A stretch of 63,713 nucleotides of DNA, filler included, from Neolecta irregularis DAH-3 (GCA_001929475.1; 9 parts of 9 records of this genome joined end to end with filler, not necessarily neighbours in it), one strand, 5' to 3'. Numbered from the whole stretch's first letter, positions 41,281 to 54,267 are shown. Notes: generated from the letters alone by a model not told the origin. Translations and numbers: made by a program.

Positions 41281-41336
41281 CCCGCCAATAAACCAGAAAC
41301 AAGCTGCGTCTATTAGACCGCATCTTTAATGCCCGC

Positions 41337-42879
41337 ATGTCCACCACCCAACCGCCCACACCTGCTGATGCGTCGCGCTTTGTTGCACAGTCTCGCAGAC
41401 ACTCGAGTCCGTTGTGTTTTGCTGCAGAGGATGATGGAGATGTTTTGCCGCCTGCAGATCTGCTGTGGGAAGCTCAGAATATTCCAGAACAGCATTTTTT
41501 ACACCGCCAGACATTCTCCCACGACCGTCCGTTTGCGGTATTGTTCGCGGTGGGACTTGCGGTGTTGTTGAGCACCATGACGGTTGACTATTTATCCGCC
41601 GAGGTATTTCTTATATATATAAATATCTAGCTTATCCAGACAAACCACCCGATCCCGGGGATATACCGCAGTATCATATCCGCCCAACCACGTCTACTAG
41701 GCGATACGGTACTTGCGATTGCAGTGTCGTTGCTGTGGATGTTGCTACTGCTCGCTGCTCTTCGCCCATTTTTGTATCTGCTCACCATTGCTGTTCCGTT
41801 TGCGCTCGCTGTTTTATGCATCTGTGCGCGCGAATCATTAGGTCTCGGTTTGCTTTTTCCTGCGTTTCTGTGTTTCTTGTGGATTTTTGTGGTTTATCGC
41901 CGTCGCCGCTCTCTTTCTCGTGCCGTTGATATTATCCAGCTCGCGTGCCGCATATACTGCGACTGTTTTGCGCTTCTTGGAGTTGCAGCGGCTGTTTTAG
42001 CTGTATGGGTTGCGTTTACGGCGATGTGGATTCCTGCATTTGCGCGGGTGTTTTTGGATTCTCGAGGTGTTTTTATTATTCCGTTTATACATCTAACCTC
42101 TAGGTCTTTCATTTCCTCTCGCCGTATACTACTCGATCATGTATCTCTGGACATGGGGAGTCCTCTCAGGCATCCAGCGGTATTATATCATACTGATATT
42201 CATCTAATCCCAGAGCAACAACATCCGCAGTCGTTGCACATTGGTACTTTCACCGCCATGACGATATTACTCCTTCTACTCTTGTTGTCCAGTCGCTCTT
42301 TTCACACACATTAAACTCAAACCTCGGAACAATCTCCTTTTCAAGCCTACTCATCCTTCTAACTCGACTTCCCTTTCTCGTCCTCCCAAGAAAGCTCGCT
42401 TGGATCCTCGCCTTCTTCCTCCCAGGACAAATCTCGTCTCTGTCCAGTCCACTGGCACTTGTTTATTCCTCCATAAAATCGACTCCTCTGCTCACGGCAG
42501 CCCGTGCCACAGGCCAGCTGTACTTTCTCGATCAGAGCCATCCGTTTGCGTCTTACAAGCTCTGCAAAATGCTGCTTTTCGCAACTAGAGGAACCACCGC
42601 TTGTGCAATGGCAGCTGCAGCTATGACCTCAAACGGCGTCCTTGTCGGTCTAGTAGCTGCAAGTATAGGATGGATCGTTGTCGGTGCAGTCGAAGGCACG
42701 ATTGGAATGATGTATTCATTTCTATTATATTAGACTGACAATAGTGTCGATGCTGTATTTGTCTGTTTTGCAATCGATGCACAGAGTAATAGTGGCGGAT
42801 ATGGACACTGCAGAGATGCGTGGAATGCGGTAATGTCTTTTTTATCCATTGCTGATTCTAGTTTGGAGGGTATTCCTGA
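41337..42879 (+). CDS. Choline transporter-like (CTL/PNS1 family) membrane protein, multi-exon
   Basis: HDRPFAVLF; multiple TM segments; WTWGVLSGIQRATTSAVVAHWYF; IVDAVFVCFAID. Confidence 0.82.
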
Positions 42880-43038
42880 GATTGCAGGGTCAATCTCTAT
42901 TCATCATTCATTCAGTTTAGTCTTGCCCAATTAGTTTCATTCATTTGCATTTAGGTCGGGGTCTGAGTCGCTTGGGATATTGGTCTTTGTAAATAATCGG
43001 GTATTTAGATTCGTGTATTGCTATTCTCTAATACACAA

Positions 43039-44134
43039 TTATTCCTTCGTTTCCACCTTGTCCTCTTGTTTCTCCTCGTCCATCTTTTCCGCACCCTCCC
43101 GGTTTGATATCTTGTTCTCTATCAAATCGTGAAGTGCAATTGTAGCCCTGATAAGACTACTCAGATACACACACATAAACTGATCGTTCGTCGTAACTTT
43201 GAGACTCTTGTTCAACTTGCCCTCCCCAGTCGCTAAATTCGGCAAGAGGTTAAAGACGTCTTGTAGGTACCCCAAGATCTCATGATTCACAGGTAACTTG
43301 CCAGACACCACTTTCTCCAAATACGTAGCAATATCAAGCAACCGCGAATGCAGACCTTGAAGGGAATGCAGCTGAGAGGTAATCCGTGTCGCCAAAGTTC
43401 CCACTGCGGCATCCCGAATATCCCTCAGTAAATGCTCAACTCCAATTTCCTCGGCCTCTTCCGCTTCAATTATCGACGGCGCATGCACAAATGTCCGAGA
43501 AGTACTGCTTCCATCCTATAACTTAATATTCGCTTCTATCCAATCACATACATCCTTGATCTCTTCAATTGCGAAATATGCGTCTGTTGGTATACCCACT
43601 TTCTTTGGCCGGACATCAACGATCACGAGGATCGGATGAGGCAAATATTTCTTGAATAACCCGTTGATTTCTAAATCCGACGAGCGCAGTTTAGGACCAG
43701 TGTGGTACCATCCGATCATCTTTTCTTTCGCTAATATACTTAGTCGTGAATATGAAGATGACGTACCGTTGACTTTTTTATACATATTGTTCATTGATTC
43801 AATATAATTGTGATCAAGAAACCACACGCTCTGATCCTTTTCATCTTCTTCAAAGGGAACTACCATTAGATTGAAATGTACATTTGTCAACCTGCAAAAC
43901 AGTTTGCAACGTTGATTACTCCGCCGATGTTTTGTCCTAGTAACACCCCTACCACTCGCTTGCGACCCGATGTAGAGATGCGATGGTAGTGGTCTGTTAC
44001 TGATAACAGAACTACAAGTTAACCTTGACCCGGGCGTATGACGTACCTAGCGGGTGCACAATTACCTTTTGAACTTGGTGGATGTTTAATGAAACTGTTG
44101 TTTTTGATCCTGTCGATGGAGTTATCGGAGACAT
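43039..44134 (-). CDS. RPN8: 26S proteasome lid subunit Rpn8 (MPN domain), multi-exon
   Basis: [60 protein letters not shown]. Confidence 0.97.
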
Positions 44135-44522
44135 TGTACAGGTATCCTATTCGTTTCTGAGAATTGGATTTAATGGTTATGGTTGAGATTGTTCCGCCTC
44201 AGCTCTCCAACATTTATCAAATTCACGACTTTAATTTTTATCTAATTTGCACTATTTGAATACGTTTATATCTCTCAATTTCGCATTTTGGAATGCGAGT
44301 ATGTCTGAATATTCCAAATCTCATCAAATTCATATTTAGATAACAATGGGTACTTTCAGATGCGTTCATATCTCCGGCAAAGCACTGCATCCCGTCCGAT
44401 CTGCAAAGTTAAGCCCGGAAGANNNNNNNNNNNNNNNNNNNNNNNNNNNNNNNNNNNNNNNNNNNNTTAATTAATTAANNNNNNNNNNNNNNNNNNNNNN
44501 NNNNNNNNNNNNNNNNNNNNNN

Positions 44523-45698
44523 TATACTTCAAACATATTCCACCAACCAAGGTAAATACAAGGAAGTTAAGAATCCTTCCCATAACGGCGAGATCTATTA
44601 GCATAGACAGCCTGCTGGGTCTGAGAATAAACAAGGTTATCTTGGGCAATATCATTGTAAAGCTGAATCTTGTTCAACCAAACCTCCGCTGCTGGTACAG
44701 ATGTCTGGTCTGGTATAATCTTAGGGAAAAGTAGTGGGCAAGCCCCATAAAGGAGCTCGAAAGGAGAGAACCCAGTAGAAGCTGAAACAGAGTTATTCAT
44801 GGCCATTTCGACCTCAGGTAACACTTTCACCCAGTTAGACTGACTAGCATTAACATGATATCGGAGATGCTGTATAGCGGTCTTATTTGACTGCTCAGAC
44901 ACGCCGTCCATCTCTGGGTGAAAACTGGTCGACATACAAAGTTTTCTACCTATTCAAAAGTGAATCTCACGCCAGAATTTTCCCGTGAATCATGAATTGC
45001 GATTGGACACAACAGACGACGGCAAACCATATAGGCGAAACCACGATCAGTAAACAATATCTGCAATCGCAGACTCAGAATCTGTGATGTGGGTGGGATG
45101 AATTTGTACAGTGTTAGAATAAGGTTCAGTAATTACAAGGATGGATCATATCCCTCGGATCGGGGGAGAGGCCCAACGAAATCCATCACTATATCATCAA
45201 ATTGTGCAGTCAGAATAGGGAGGGAATGCAGGAATCCAGCCAGGGGTTTCGTGGAAGATTTTAGTTGCTGACAGTCCTCACAGGAACTTATATACCGTTC
45301 CATATCTTTGCTGAGTCCTGCCCAATAAAGATCATGGTGGATCACGTGATAGGTCTTATCAAAGCCATAATGGCCTTGGCAATCATGGTATGTGTGAAGA
45401 AACCATGAATGGATAGCTTGGTGTGCCGGAATGCACAACTGCTGATCCAAAAACAAGAGTCCCTCGCTCTTTATATAGCTTTTGAATTGTTTGGGGTTAG
45501 CATTTACTGTGCCTAGGACCGGATCATCTTTATATACTGAGATAATCTGGTTGGTTTCTAGGGGCGAGATTTGTAATGAGGCAAGATTAGTGGATATCTT
45601 GTTTCGATCACGTTCTCCCGACCCCTCCACTTGTTCCCCTGATTCGTCTAAAGTGCTGACAATAGGCATACTCTCTGGCAATTCCTTGCCTGAGCTGG
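44523..45698 (-). mobile_element. Degenerate Ty3/gypsy integrase fragment
   Basis: HHCC zinc motif (HTYHDCQGHYG...CEDCQQLK), DFVGPLP, STSFHPEMDGVSEQSNK, TGFSPFELLYG; frameshifts and stops. Confidence 0.92.
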
Positions 45699-46058
45699 TG
45701 TTATGAGGTGGAAAACCTAGGTGATACTAAGATAAAGGAAATAAATGCTAGTCATGAAGCAAAAGCATTACAAGAGTTGGATTATAGTTTGGTAAAGTGG
45801 AAACAGAGTGCTAGTCATAAAGAAAAAGTATTACAAGAGCTGGATTATAGTTTGATAGAGTGGAAAAAGAATGCTAGTTATGAAGAAAAAGCAATACAAG
45901 AGCTGGACTATAGTGTGGTTGATTGGGAAGTGGGATGTTTGTATATAAAGATGGAAGTTCCAGAGGAATTATCTATTTTATATAGAGGTGAAGTTTGTGA
46001 GTATAAGAGATATAGAGGTTTTGTAATGATGGAAGTGGTAGAGAATGGAGAGAGGAGC
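45699..46058. mobile_element. CpG-free insertion beginning TGTTATG, with three 63-bp repeats; likely LTR/TE remnant
   Basis: Abrupt compositional shift at 45699; repeats of ..tgctagt(c/t)at.aag.aaaag.a.tacaagag.tgga.tatagt.tg at ~45743-45930. Confidence 0.55.
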
Positions 46059-46158
46059 NNNNNNNNNNNNNNNNNNNNNNNNNNNNNNNNNNNNNNNNNN
46101 NNTTAATTAATTAANNNNNNNNNNNNNNNNNNNNNNNNNNNNNNNNNNNNNNNNNNNN

Positions 46159-46907
46159 ACACCTCAAATACATCAAAGAGCGGGGGTATAACATGGTTCA
46201 CTTCACCCCTCTTCAAGAGCGAGGAGAAAGCAATTCGCCATATAGCATATACAACCAATTATCTTTCTCGCCAGATTTGTTTGAAGAAGGAACACCGAGA
46301 GAAGAACGAGTCAAAAAAGTCAAGGATCTTGTTACAAGAATGGAGCATATGGGTCTGCTTGCGATGACCGATGTGGTCTGGAACCATACTGCAAACAATT
46401 CAGATTGGTTGCTGGACCATCCAGAAGCTGGTACTAGATTTGGAAAAATAATTTATGCTAACTGTAGGTTATAACCTCGTGAATTCGCCACATCTTCGTG
46501 CAGCATATGAATTGGATACGGCATTACTCTCGTTCGGTCATGACTTGAACAAATTAGGCCTTCCCACTGTGCTTAAAGATATCGAGGACCTCAACAAAAT
46601 CATGAACGGAGTCAAGGAACATGTTCTGAAACCCCTCAAACTATGGCAATTCTATGTCATAGATACAGAATACAACCTCAAAGTAGCTCTGGATACATAC
46701 AACGAGAAAATTCAGCCGCTCGAGGGTTGGAATAAATCCATGTCTTCCAAGGAAGCTGCCATTCTTCTCAAAAGCAGAGGTCTCCGTAATGGCGAGGTTC
46801 TTGGGAATAGATTTCAAAAGAATATCGACCCTGCCACTGGTGCTGCATATATGCGTTGTTTTTCCAAAGAGGCAGCCGAAGAAGAGTATCAGAAAATCCT
46901 CGATGAA
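46159..46907 (+). CDS. GDB1: Glycogen debranching enzyme, internal fragment
   Basis: GYNMVHFTPLQERGESNSPYSIYNQL, TDVVWNHTANNSDWLLDHPEAGYN, PHLRAAYELDTAL; bounded by gaps. Confidence 0.93.
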
Positions 46908-47183
46908 NNNNNNNNNNCGAAATTACATTGCTGCTAATAGTACATACATAATTGCAGAACATGTGAGAGACTGTAATCAAATCCATAGGAGAAGCAACTA
47001 GCAAGGAACTAAGACAAGAGGAAACAATCCTTTGCAGATGCGGTTTATACACGCGAGATGAGAAAAGAGAAAGGCTAAAGGAGCACTACTGCCAAGCATA
47101 TATCCACCGAGATCTCAATAGAAAAAAGAATCCATCGAATGGTATCATAATTTACCAGCATTAACGGGATATCCACAGCAGAA

Positions 47184-47861
47184 TCACTCATCTTCTTCCG
47201 CACCGATCAATTCTTCAAGAATGCTGTTTCGACCGAAACGTCGTCTCTTTGAGGGTGTTGAATAACCTTCTGGACCAATGTTTTCTTTATTCGCGTTTTC
47301 ATCGTCGTTATCTATCCTTCTTCGCTTTCGTGGACTAGAAGCAACGCGTTTATATGGTTCGGGCGAAGGTTCGAAATATCGTTTGCAAGGTAATAAAGTG
47401 GTACGTGTGAGTCGAGATAGCGGAGAAGATGGAGGATTTTCAATGAATGGGGTATCAAATTTCTCCGGCTCGCGTACATCAGAATCAATAGGGAATGAAG
47501 GAGGTGGAAGGGAAATAGGACGAAGGGCATAGCCGGGTGAGGATGGGAATAAAACGCGAGGCGATGAGGCTATGCCGGAGTCATCCGCGAATGATTGATG
47601 GCCGAATTCAAGAACCCCGTGTTTTCCAAGGAGAGCGAGAGTATCGCGTTGAATATTCTCAAGGAGATTCAGCTGGCAGAAAATCTCGTCCCGCGCGGCT
47701 AGAAACCATTTAGAAACTCGGCAGTATGAAGAACAATTACTTGAAGATATCGGGATGCGAGACAGATTGTTTCTCACGTACCAGAAATCATGGCAACGAC
47801 AGTCATCCTCCTTGTCTGAAGAGTCCGGACCAGCGAGTTCAGAAGAAGAGAGAAGAGACAT
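47184..47861 (-). CDS. Hypothetical intronless 225-aa protein with KEN box, many SP/TP sites and NLS-like basic clusters
   Basis: Long ORF with ATG; NKENI, SSPRKRRR, TPSKRRR. Confidence 0.65.
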   Translation of the reverse strand: MSLLSSSELAGPDSSDKEDDCRCHDFWYVRNNLSRIPISSSNCSSYCRVSKWFLAARDEIFCQLNLLENIQRDTLALLGKHGVLEFGHQSFADDSGIASSPRVLFPSSPGYALRPISLPPPSFPIDSDVREPEKFDTPFIENPPSSPLSRLTRTTLLPCKRYFEPSPEPYKRVASSPRKRRRIDNDDENANKENIGPEGYSTPSKRRRFGRNSILEELIGAEEDE

Positions 47862-48561
47862 GATGTGGCGGTGGATTGAGGACGATGGTGGCTGCCTCTA
47901 TATGTGAAGCATCCTGAGAAGGCTGTCAGAACGCGAAGAGAAAAGTGGGCGCAGAACGCGTAGTTCGATCTTCGACGTGAAGTCTCTTTTTGTATACACC
48001 GAATCGTGGGTTACTCCCATTCACATTAGTTTGTCCTAGCTCGGTAGTACCGAATAAGAACTATTCAATGCGATAAAATGAGTTTCTACCCAGTCGAAAG
48101 AGATATTGTAAAAAAAGAAAGAAGACTCACCACTTGGAAAATTGGGTCAGTAACAAAATGAGTGTCCAGGGTTAAAAGAGAGTGAAGGAAGACAGCGATG
48201 GCGGATCTGCGGGTACTTGTGACCTACGCCAGAGGTTGGCACCCCTTGCCTAAGTCACTCGGAGCGAGCCGTGACTGCCTCTGCTTTGCCATGTCGCGAA
48301 CCTTCGTGACAATCTCTTGAAATGTCACTACCAGGTTAATGTAAACCAAGGTCCTATGAATAGATTAGTGTACATAAATCTCGCGATTTCGAGGTTAACA
48401 GAGTAAAATATATCTAGGCACGTGTCACCAGGGGTACCTTGCCTTTCTAGCAAGATATGGCCGGGGGACCTCTTTCGTCATCAAAAAAGAAATGAGGAAA
48501 AGCAAGTTGATAGTAATTAGTCCACTTCAATTACACTCTCCCAACGTATTGTCATTCAGCC

Positions 48562-49311
48562 ATGACCGAGATTCTTCAACTCCGTCTCAAAAGTGACGGG
48601 TCCCTTGATTCTTCTGGTTCCGCATGTTGCTTTGATGTTTGTGAATTGACCTTGAAGTATATTCGCCTACCTGCGCCTTACAAGAAGTATATACTCCGCT
48701 TTACAATTGATGGCACGAGTGAACTCTGTCGAGATGGGGTTTTCTGTACAAACTACCCCATTGATGGGTATCTGTCCGGTATCCGCCTTGACTAACTCAA
48801 CAGAAGCGAATTCAATAGAGAAAAATTCCATCAACTCGAGTATATGGGCTGATAAATGACTATTTTGCTGATATTAGCCTTTCCGTAAACCTCATGAGCT
48901 CAATTGACCTTGACATTTCAATCTCTCTCGCAGGGGCTTTCTGTTGGTATATCGAGTATACACCTCTTTCACCATTCACTACGCGCAATGAAGAGACGTC
49001 ATCTCCTTCAAAGGTCTGTTCAGAGACTAATTACTTCATTGTTGACCCGGCGTTCATGTTACATGGAGAACCTATTCCTCTAGATGCTATTGCGATGATA
49101 TCAGCTATTTCCAAGTGGATGGGTCCACTGAAAGAATGGGATAAACACCTCAAATACATCAAAGAGCGGGGGTATAACATGGTTCACTTCACCCCTCTTC
49201 AAGAGCGAGGGGAAAGCAATTCGCCTTATAGCATATACAACCAACTATCTTTCTCGCCAGATTTGTTTGAAGAAGGAACACCGAGAGAAGAACGAGTCAA
49301 AAAAGTCAAGG
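48562..49311 (+). CDS. GDB1: Glycogen debranching enzyme, 5' part (multi-exon, truncated by gap)
   Basis: LRFTIDGTSELCRDGVFCTNYP, ISKWMGPLKEW, RGYNMVHFTPLQERGESNSPYS. Confidence 0.93.
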
Positions 49312-49433
49312 NNNNNNNNNNNNNNNNNNNNNNNNNNNNNNNNNNNNNNNNNNNNTTAATTAATTAANNNNNNNNNNNNNNNNNNNNNNNNNNNNNNNNN
49401 NNNNNNNNNNNATATAAGGGACATTAGATAGAA

Positions 49434-50340
49434 ATGTATATAAAGGCTGCGCTCACATATCTTAGTCTAAGCTCACATGCCTACAAGCTTAGATTAAGGA
49501 AATATAACCTGATCTTATTGTACCCGAGCTCCAACACTTACACACACCGAGCAAAGTATATACTTGTATTGTGTCCAACTAAGGATCTGTCCGAACTGAC
49601 ACAGAATAAAAATTTCGATAATCGTAAAAAAGGGCCCCCTGTTAAACGTCCTGTGAAGGGTTCAGGAAAAGGTTCCTCCTCGTCGATTGCAAATCTTCCA
49701 AAGAATAACCAGAAACAATCTGACACCTCTTCCGCGTCTGGGTATATGTCAACGGCTGAAATAATTCCTCACAAATCGAGCAAAAATGATAAAGGTGGAG
49801 TTCAAACACACAAATTGTCTTCTTCAGTGTCGTTAAAGCCAAGACTGCAAAGCACTTTGATATCATCTGGTAAAATATCCACGGAAGCGAATGTCAATGC
49901 GGTCAATGCGGTCCATAATCACCTGGATCAAAAAGATAATGTTAAGAGACCAGAGAATTCGTTGGTTAAGCCCGCTTCTGTTCCCATATCCAAGAGTAAT
50001 GATCCCGGGGAGCCCAAAACACCCCAAAAGCAAAAGAATACTAACAAACCGAAAAACAATAAAGACAATACTAATTTGTTGGTCAATGGCCGATCTCAAG
50101 AAGGTTTTCAAAAAATGGCTCGTATTCTTGCAAAGCATGACCATCCCCATCTTTTGGCTTTACTATTCTGTATGAATGGAATCTTCAATCATCTGATCAT
50201 TCTTAATTCTTGGTCGTCTTTTAGCTCTCCTTTTGTTTTGTTGTTGGGTTCAATGTGCCTAATTCGAAGAGTCATTCTGGATGGCTCGGATTATTGAGCT
50301 ATGTTGGTTTCCAGTTGTTGAGCAATGTCGAGCAATGATA
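49434..50340 (+). CDS. Hypothetical protein: K/S/N-rich low-complexity region plus hydrophobic C-terminus; boundaries uncertain
   Basis: 287-codon ORF next to a gap; probable intron near 50171. Confidence 0.45.
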
Positions 50341-50589
50341 ACGTAATTACAAAACAAATCACGGCTTTACCAATGGAACTGAAAATACAATATGGTTTTC
50401 CATTATGACTTGATTATTCCCCGCTTATTATATGACGGGCCTAGTACCGAACCTTGCATTAAAGACCTAATCTCAGCACAGAATCTGATATTTGAATCCA
50501 ATCCAGGAGCGACAAGCTTTGAGTGATCAAACGACACATATTGAAATTCCATGTTCATGTTAATAGAAATGCCCCTTTGAAAGACTTAC

Positions 50590-50735
50590 GGTGCGTTTGG
50601 TGCGCGCCAATTTCATAAAATGTGGCTTTTCTTCAAATTTGAAATTTAGGCGCGCGTTTGGTGCACACCAACTTTCTTGAAATTTGGCAATTCTTCAAAT
50701 TCCAATTTAAAGTGCGCGTGTGGTGCACCAACTAA
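50590..50735. repeat. ~60-bp degenerate tandem repeat (x2.5) with palindromic ttggtgcgcgccaa cores
   Basis: gcgtttggtgc.c.ccaa.ttt...cttcaaatt units recur at ~50594, ~50654 and ~50714. Confidence 0.7.
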
Positions 50736-51457
50736 GTCTGAACAAGAACCGCCGATACTCCACCATTGCGACCAAATCTAGGCGCGAAATCAAAGGAAGC
50801 TCGATGCAGGACAACAGGCGTCATCGTCAGGCCTGTAATGCCAATCACATAACTCATCCAGCATTTCTCGAATCATTTTGGTCAACATCAAGATATATCG
50901 ATTGAGTTTGCACTAATTTTTGATTCACGAATCCATCATATTATTTAGTGAAAATACAATCTCTAATCTTTTCTTTTGCAACACTTACTAATCACTCTCT
51001 TTTCAAATACTACTCTCCTCTTGACAAAGAAAAATGATAAATCAATGCCAATCTCAAGAAGTTGTGTTTTTCAAGTGTACTGATTCTTCCCCAACACCAT
51101 GTGCATTTTATAAACAAACGATTCAGGGGGTTGCAATTTTTCAATACCAAATATTTACAAGTTAGGATAAGTGGAATGAACAGCAATAATAATGCTCCTT
51201 GAGGCTACATATAGATCTGCGGTTATTTCACAGAAAGCGGCAATGCTGAACGGATGAACAGTCGGATCCCCATCTTACTGTAACTGCGATCAAGTACACA
51301 GAATTCAGTTCTTGGTACTTGGAAGTTAATAATGATAATATTTTGTCGAATATATCATGTCTACACATTCCTTAGTCTCCTTCATTCCTCTATCTTTGAC
51401 CGGTTTGTCGAAGGCGTAATTTAGCTTTATCCACGCCATCCTCTCAAAATCTCCAAC

Positions 51458-52311
51458 ATGACCACACCTGCTCTGCTAGCAGACCCCATAAATCCTTTGC
51501 AAAGATTCAATTCCCCATCTCGTTCATGGAGTCTTCTGCTGCATACTTTAGGTTTGACGTCATTCTTGAGCACTTTCGCATCGTGCTACCTTTATCCTAC
51601 TGTTCATCCAAATTATACCTCTCATTCTGATATCCAGTTCTTGAACGACTCATTTGGAGGCCATTTTCAATTTTTGACGATCATTGGTCTGGTCGCTGCA
51701 GCTGTGGGTTTCACTGCCGCGTTGCTGGCAGATATTTCTGGCTCGTTCCAACTATTCAAAATCAAGAATTACATCAGTATAATAAGCACGCCGGTATTCG
51801 CATTGTCAATTACAGGTTTTTAAATCTTCAGTTAGCCTGTCTCGTCTCTCTTCTATACTGGACTATCATTGCTGTTAACAAGGAAATGAGTATGTACCAA
51901 TTCTCATCACATGCTAATGTCCAAGTGTTACCTCCTGAAATCATTGAGAAAATGACTCCCACACGCGATTTCGGACTTCACCTCAGCCCATTAATATTTT
52001 TGACGATCGACTTCCTTCTGTTTTCGCCCCCATGGGCTATCAACACCAAAACCGCATTTTATATTCACTTTTCACTTGGACAAGGTTACTTTCGATGGAT
52101 ACAATACTGTCAAAAACAGAACGGCTGGTGGGCGTATCCTTTCCTGGAAAATATGACCATGATGCAACGGAAAGTCTTCATCGTTGCTTCCACTTTTATT
52201 AGTTGGCTAATATTCGTGGGATTCAGAGCCCTCTATGATAGTATTAACAGAAATAACCTCAAAAGCCCAATTGAAGGAGCTTCACCGAAGGAAACAAAGA
52301 AACGCAAGTGA
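51458..52311 (+). CDS. FAR-17a/AIG1-like membrane protein, multi-exon
   Basis: FGGHFQFLTIIGL, VSLLYW, DFGLHLSP..FLTIDFLLFSPPW, NGWWAYPFL. Confidence 0.9.
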
Positions 52312-52612
52312 TAAAAGAAAGCCATGGTCTCTACACTCCACCTGGGAAGTTTTGGTTTCAAACTAGTTCATCACTGCAATTAGTGTAAAAATCCTACGAG
52401 TTCCCATCTTCCAGTCTGCTGTAGCGAAGCGTTTCTTGGGATCGTTACGGGAGGCAAAGCTGCCTCCTGCAATTGCGTAGTGCTACACGCAACCAGCGAT
52501 ATTGCTTCGAAGTATACTGAAATAACAGCAACAAGAGACAATTTATTGAATGTCTCTAGCAGTGGATACCTCTTCTCATATGCATGATGCCAAAAGAAAA
52601 ATGACTCTTCGA

Positions 52613-54267
52613 CTAAACTTTGAAACCCCCTGTCCTATCCCAAATGCGATTGGGATCATACATTTCCTTGGCCCTCTTCAATCTTTGAAATCCGCTGAGT
52701 CTAGAAAGGATCTCTTGATCTGCCCAAGCATCATTGACATACATTGGGAGATATCCTTTGTTTTCATTATGTTCGGATTTGTATCTTTCAACATCATTTT
52801 CAGTAGCTTTGAGGTTTTCCAAAACAACGACACGATCTTTCTCCAGAAGCCAGGAATTCACTAATTCCAACCAAACTAAGTCTTCATTCGGCAGAGACAT
52901 CACACTAGAATCTTCTCCGCGAGATATTGACTTTGGAAGTAGTTGATAACAAAGAGAGAGCGTGACATTTGGTAGAGAATTAACTAATAGAGAATTTTCC
53001 ATCCACATCTTGTAAGTCTCCTGGAATAAGCTCTTTGATGGGCGATAAGCAGCCGTTCGAACAGCCCAGTTGACACCTTCATGTTTAGTAATCTGGCTGT
53101 TTAAATTTAACTTGGAGTTCAGCAAGGGATTAATCAATTATGGCACAATTACCAAGTCCGAGTATTTCATAATAGCCATATTGCTAACAACGGATTCGAT
53201 GGCAACAAAACTATCAAATGCGTTTCCTGGATCTGTGCCATCATACATGAAAAAACAGCTAGTTGACTCTGGGAGCTCCTCGCCTTTTTGTATGCTAAAG
53301 GTCGTGATGATTGCAGCATTCGAGTCCTGGTTTGATACGAAAGAATTTAACGCTGATAAAATTTCCGGATGCTTGGAACCGTTATATATTATAAAGCCGC
53401 CATATACCTATACGGTTAGAAAGCCAATGGCAAAGTCATACCAGCCCTATGGGATGCGTAACCATAGTAAACTCTGTTATGATACCTAGTTGATTCCCTC
53501 CACCTTTCATACCAAAGAACAATTCTGGATTCTCATATTTATTGGCATTGACAATAGTGCCATTTGCAAGAACTACCTGAACAATAAGTTTGCAAGTTAT
53601 TTTAACAACATTCACCTCGTAGTTCAACACATCATCCATAGCAAGTCCGTATTGGGGACTTAGAAAACTTAACCCACCTGTCAATGAACACAGATCAGCA
53701 TCAAATCACCATGCCTCCGAGGAGAAAGCCTCCGACCCCGACATTACCAATGCGTCCGGAAAGTACAGTGACATTGTTGTCTACGCTGTGAGATGATTCT
53801 TTGTGCTACTTAATCACAACATTCAAGCTTCTATTCCTTTTAGCAACATCATTGCAAAGATACGATACCGAAACTACATCACCCCACCGACCTCCAGGTC
53901 CAATGATTGCATTTTTACCATCATATTTGACCTTATTCATGGAACTGAGAGCAATCAAAATGCCACCAGCAGTACTGGCGAAAGCCGCATTTGCGTTATG
54001 TCCTCCACTTTTCACGGCGAAATGAACACCACTACTTACAAACAGTGAGATGGCTTTCGAAGTTTCTTCTGCATTGGTGGGATGAAAGATACAGGCTGGT
54101 CGTTGAAGAATGCTTTGTACAGACCAATATTGTTGTTGTTCCAATTCATAAACATTCGATCCAGGATAACTTATTTTGTCTGGAAATGAAAGACGAAGCT
54201 GAAAACAAACAACTTCTGGGCTGCTTGCTAAGGCTGCAGGAATGAAAAGGAGATAAGGCAAAATCAT
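52613..54267 (-). CDS. Secreted FAD-binding oxidoreductase (VAO/berberine-bridge-like), multi-exon
   Basis: Signal peptide MILPYLLFIPAALA; PACIFHPTNAEE; FAVKSGGH; VGVGGFLLGGG; GMKGGGNQLGIIT; C-terminal YVNDA...YDP....GGFK. Confidence 0.93.

Noticed and set aside
51458..54267. FAD oxidoreductase plus membrane protein as a secondary-metabolite cluster
   Set aside because: No PKS, NRPS, terpene synthase or other tailoring genes nearby; neighbours are housekeeping genes.
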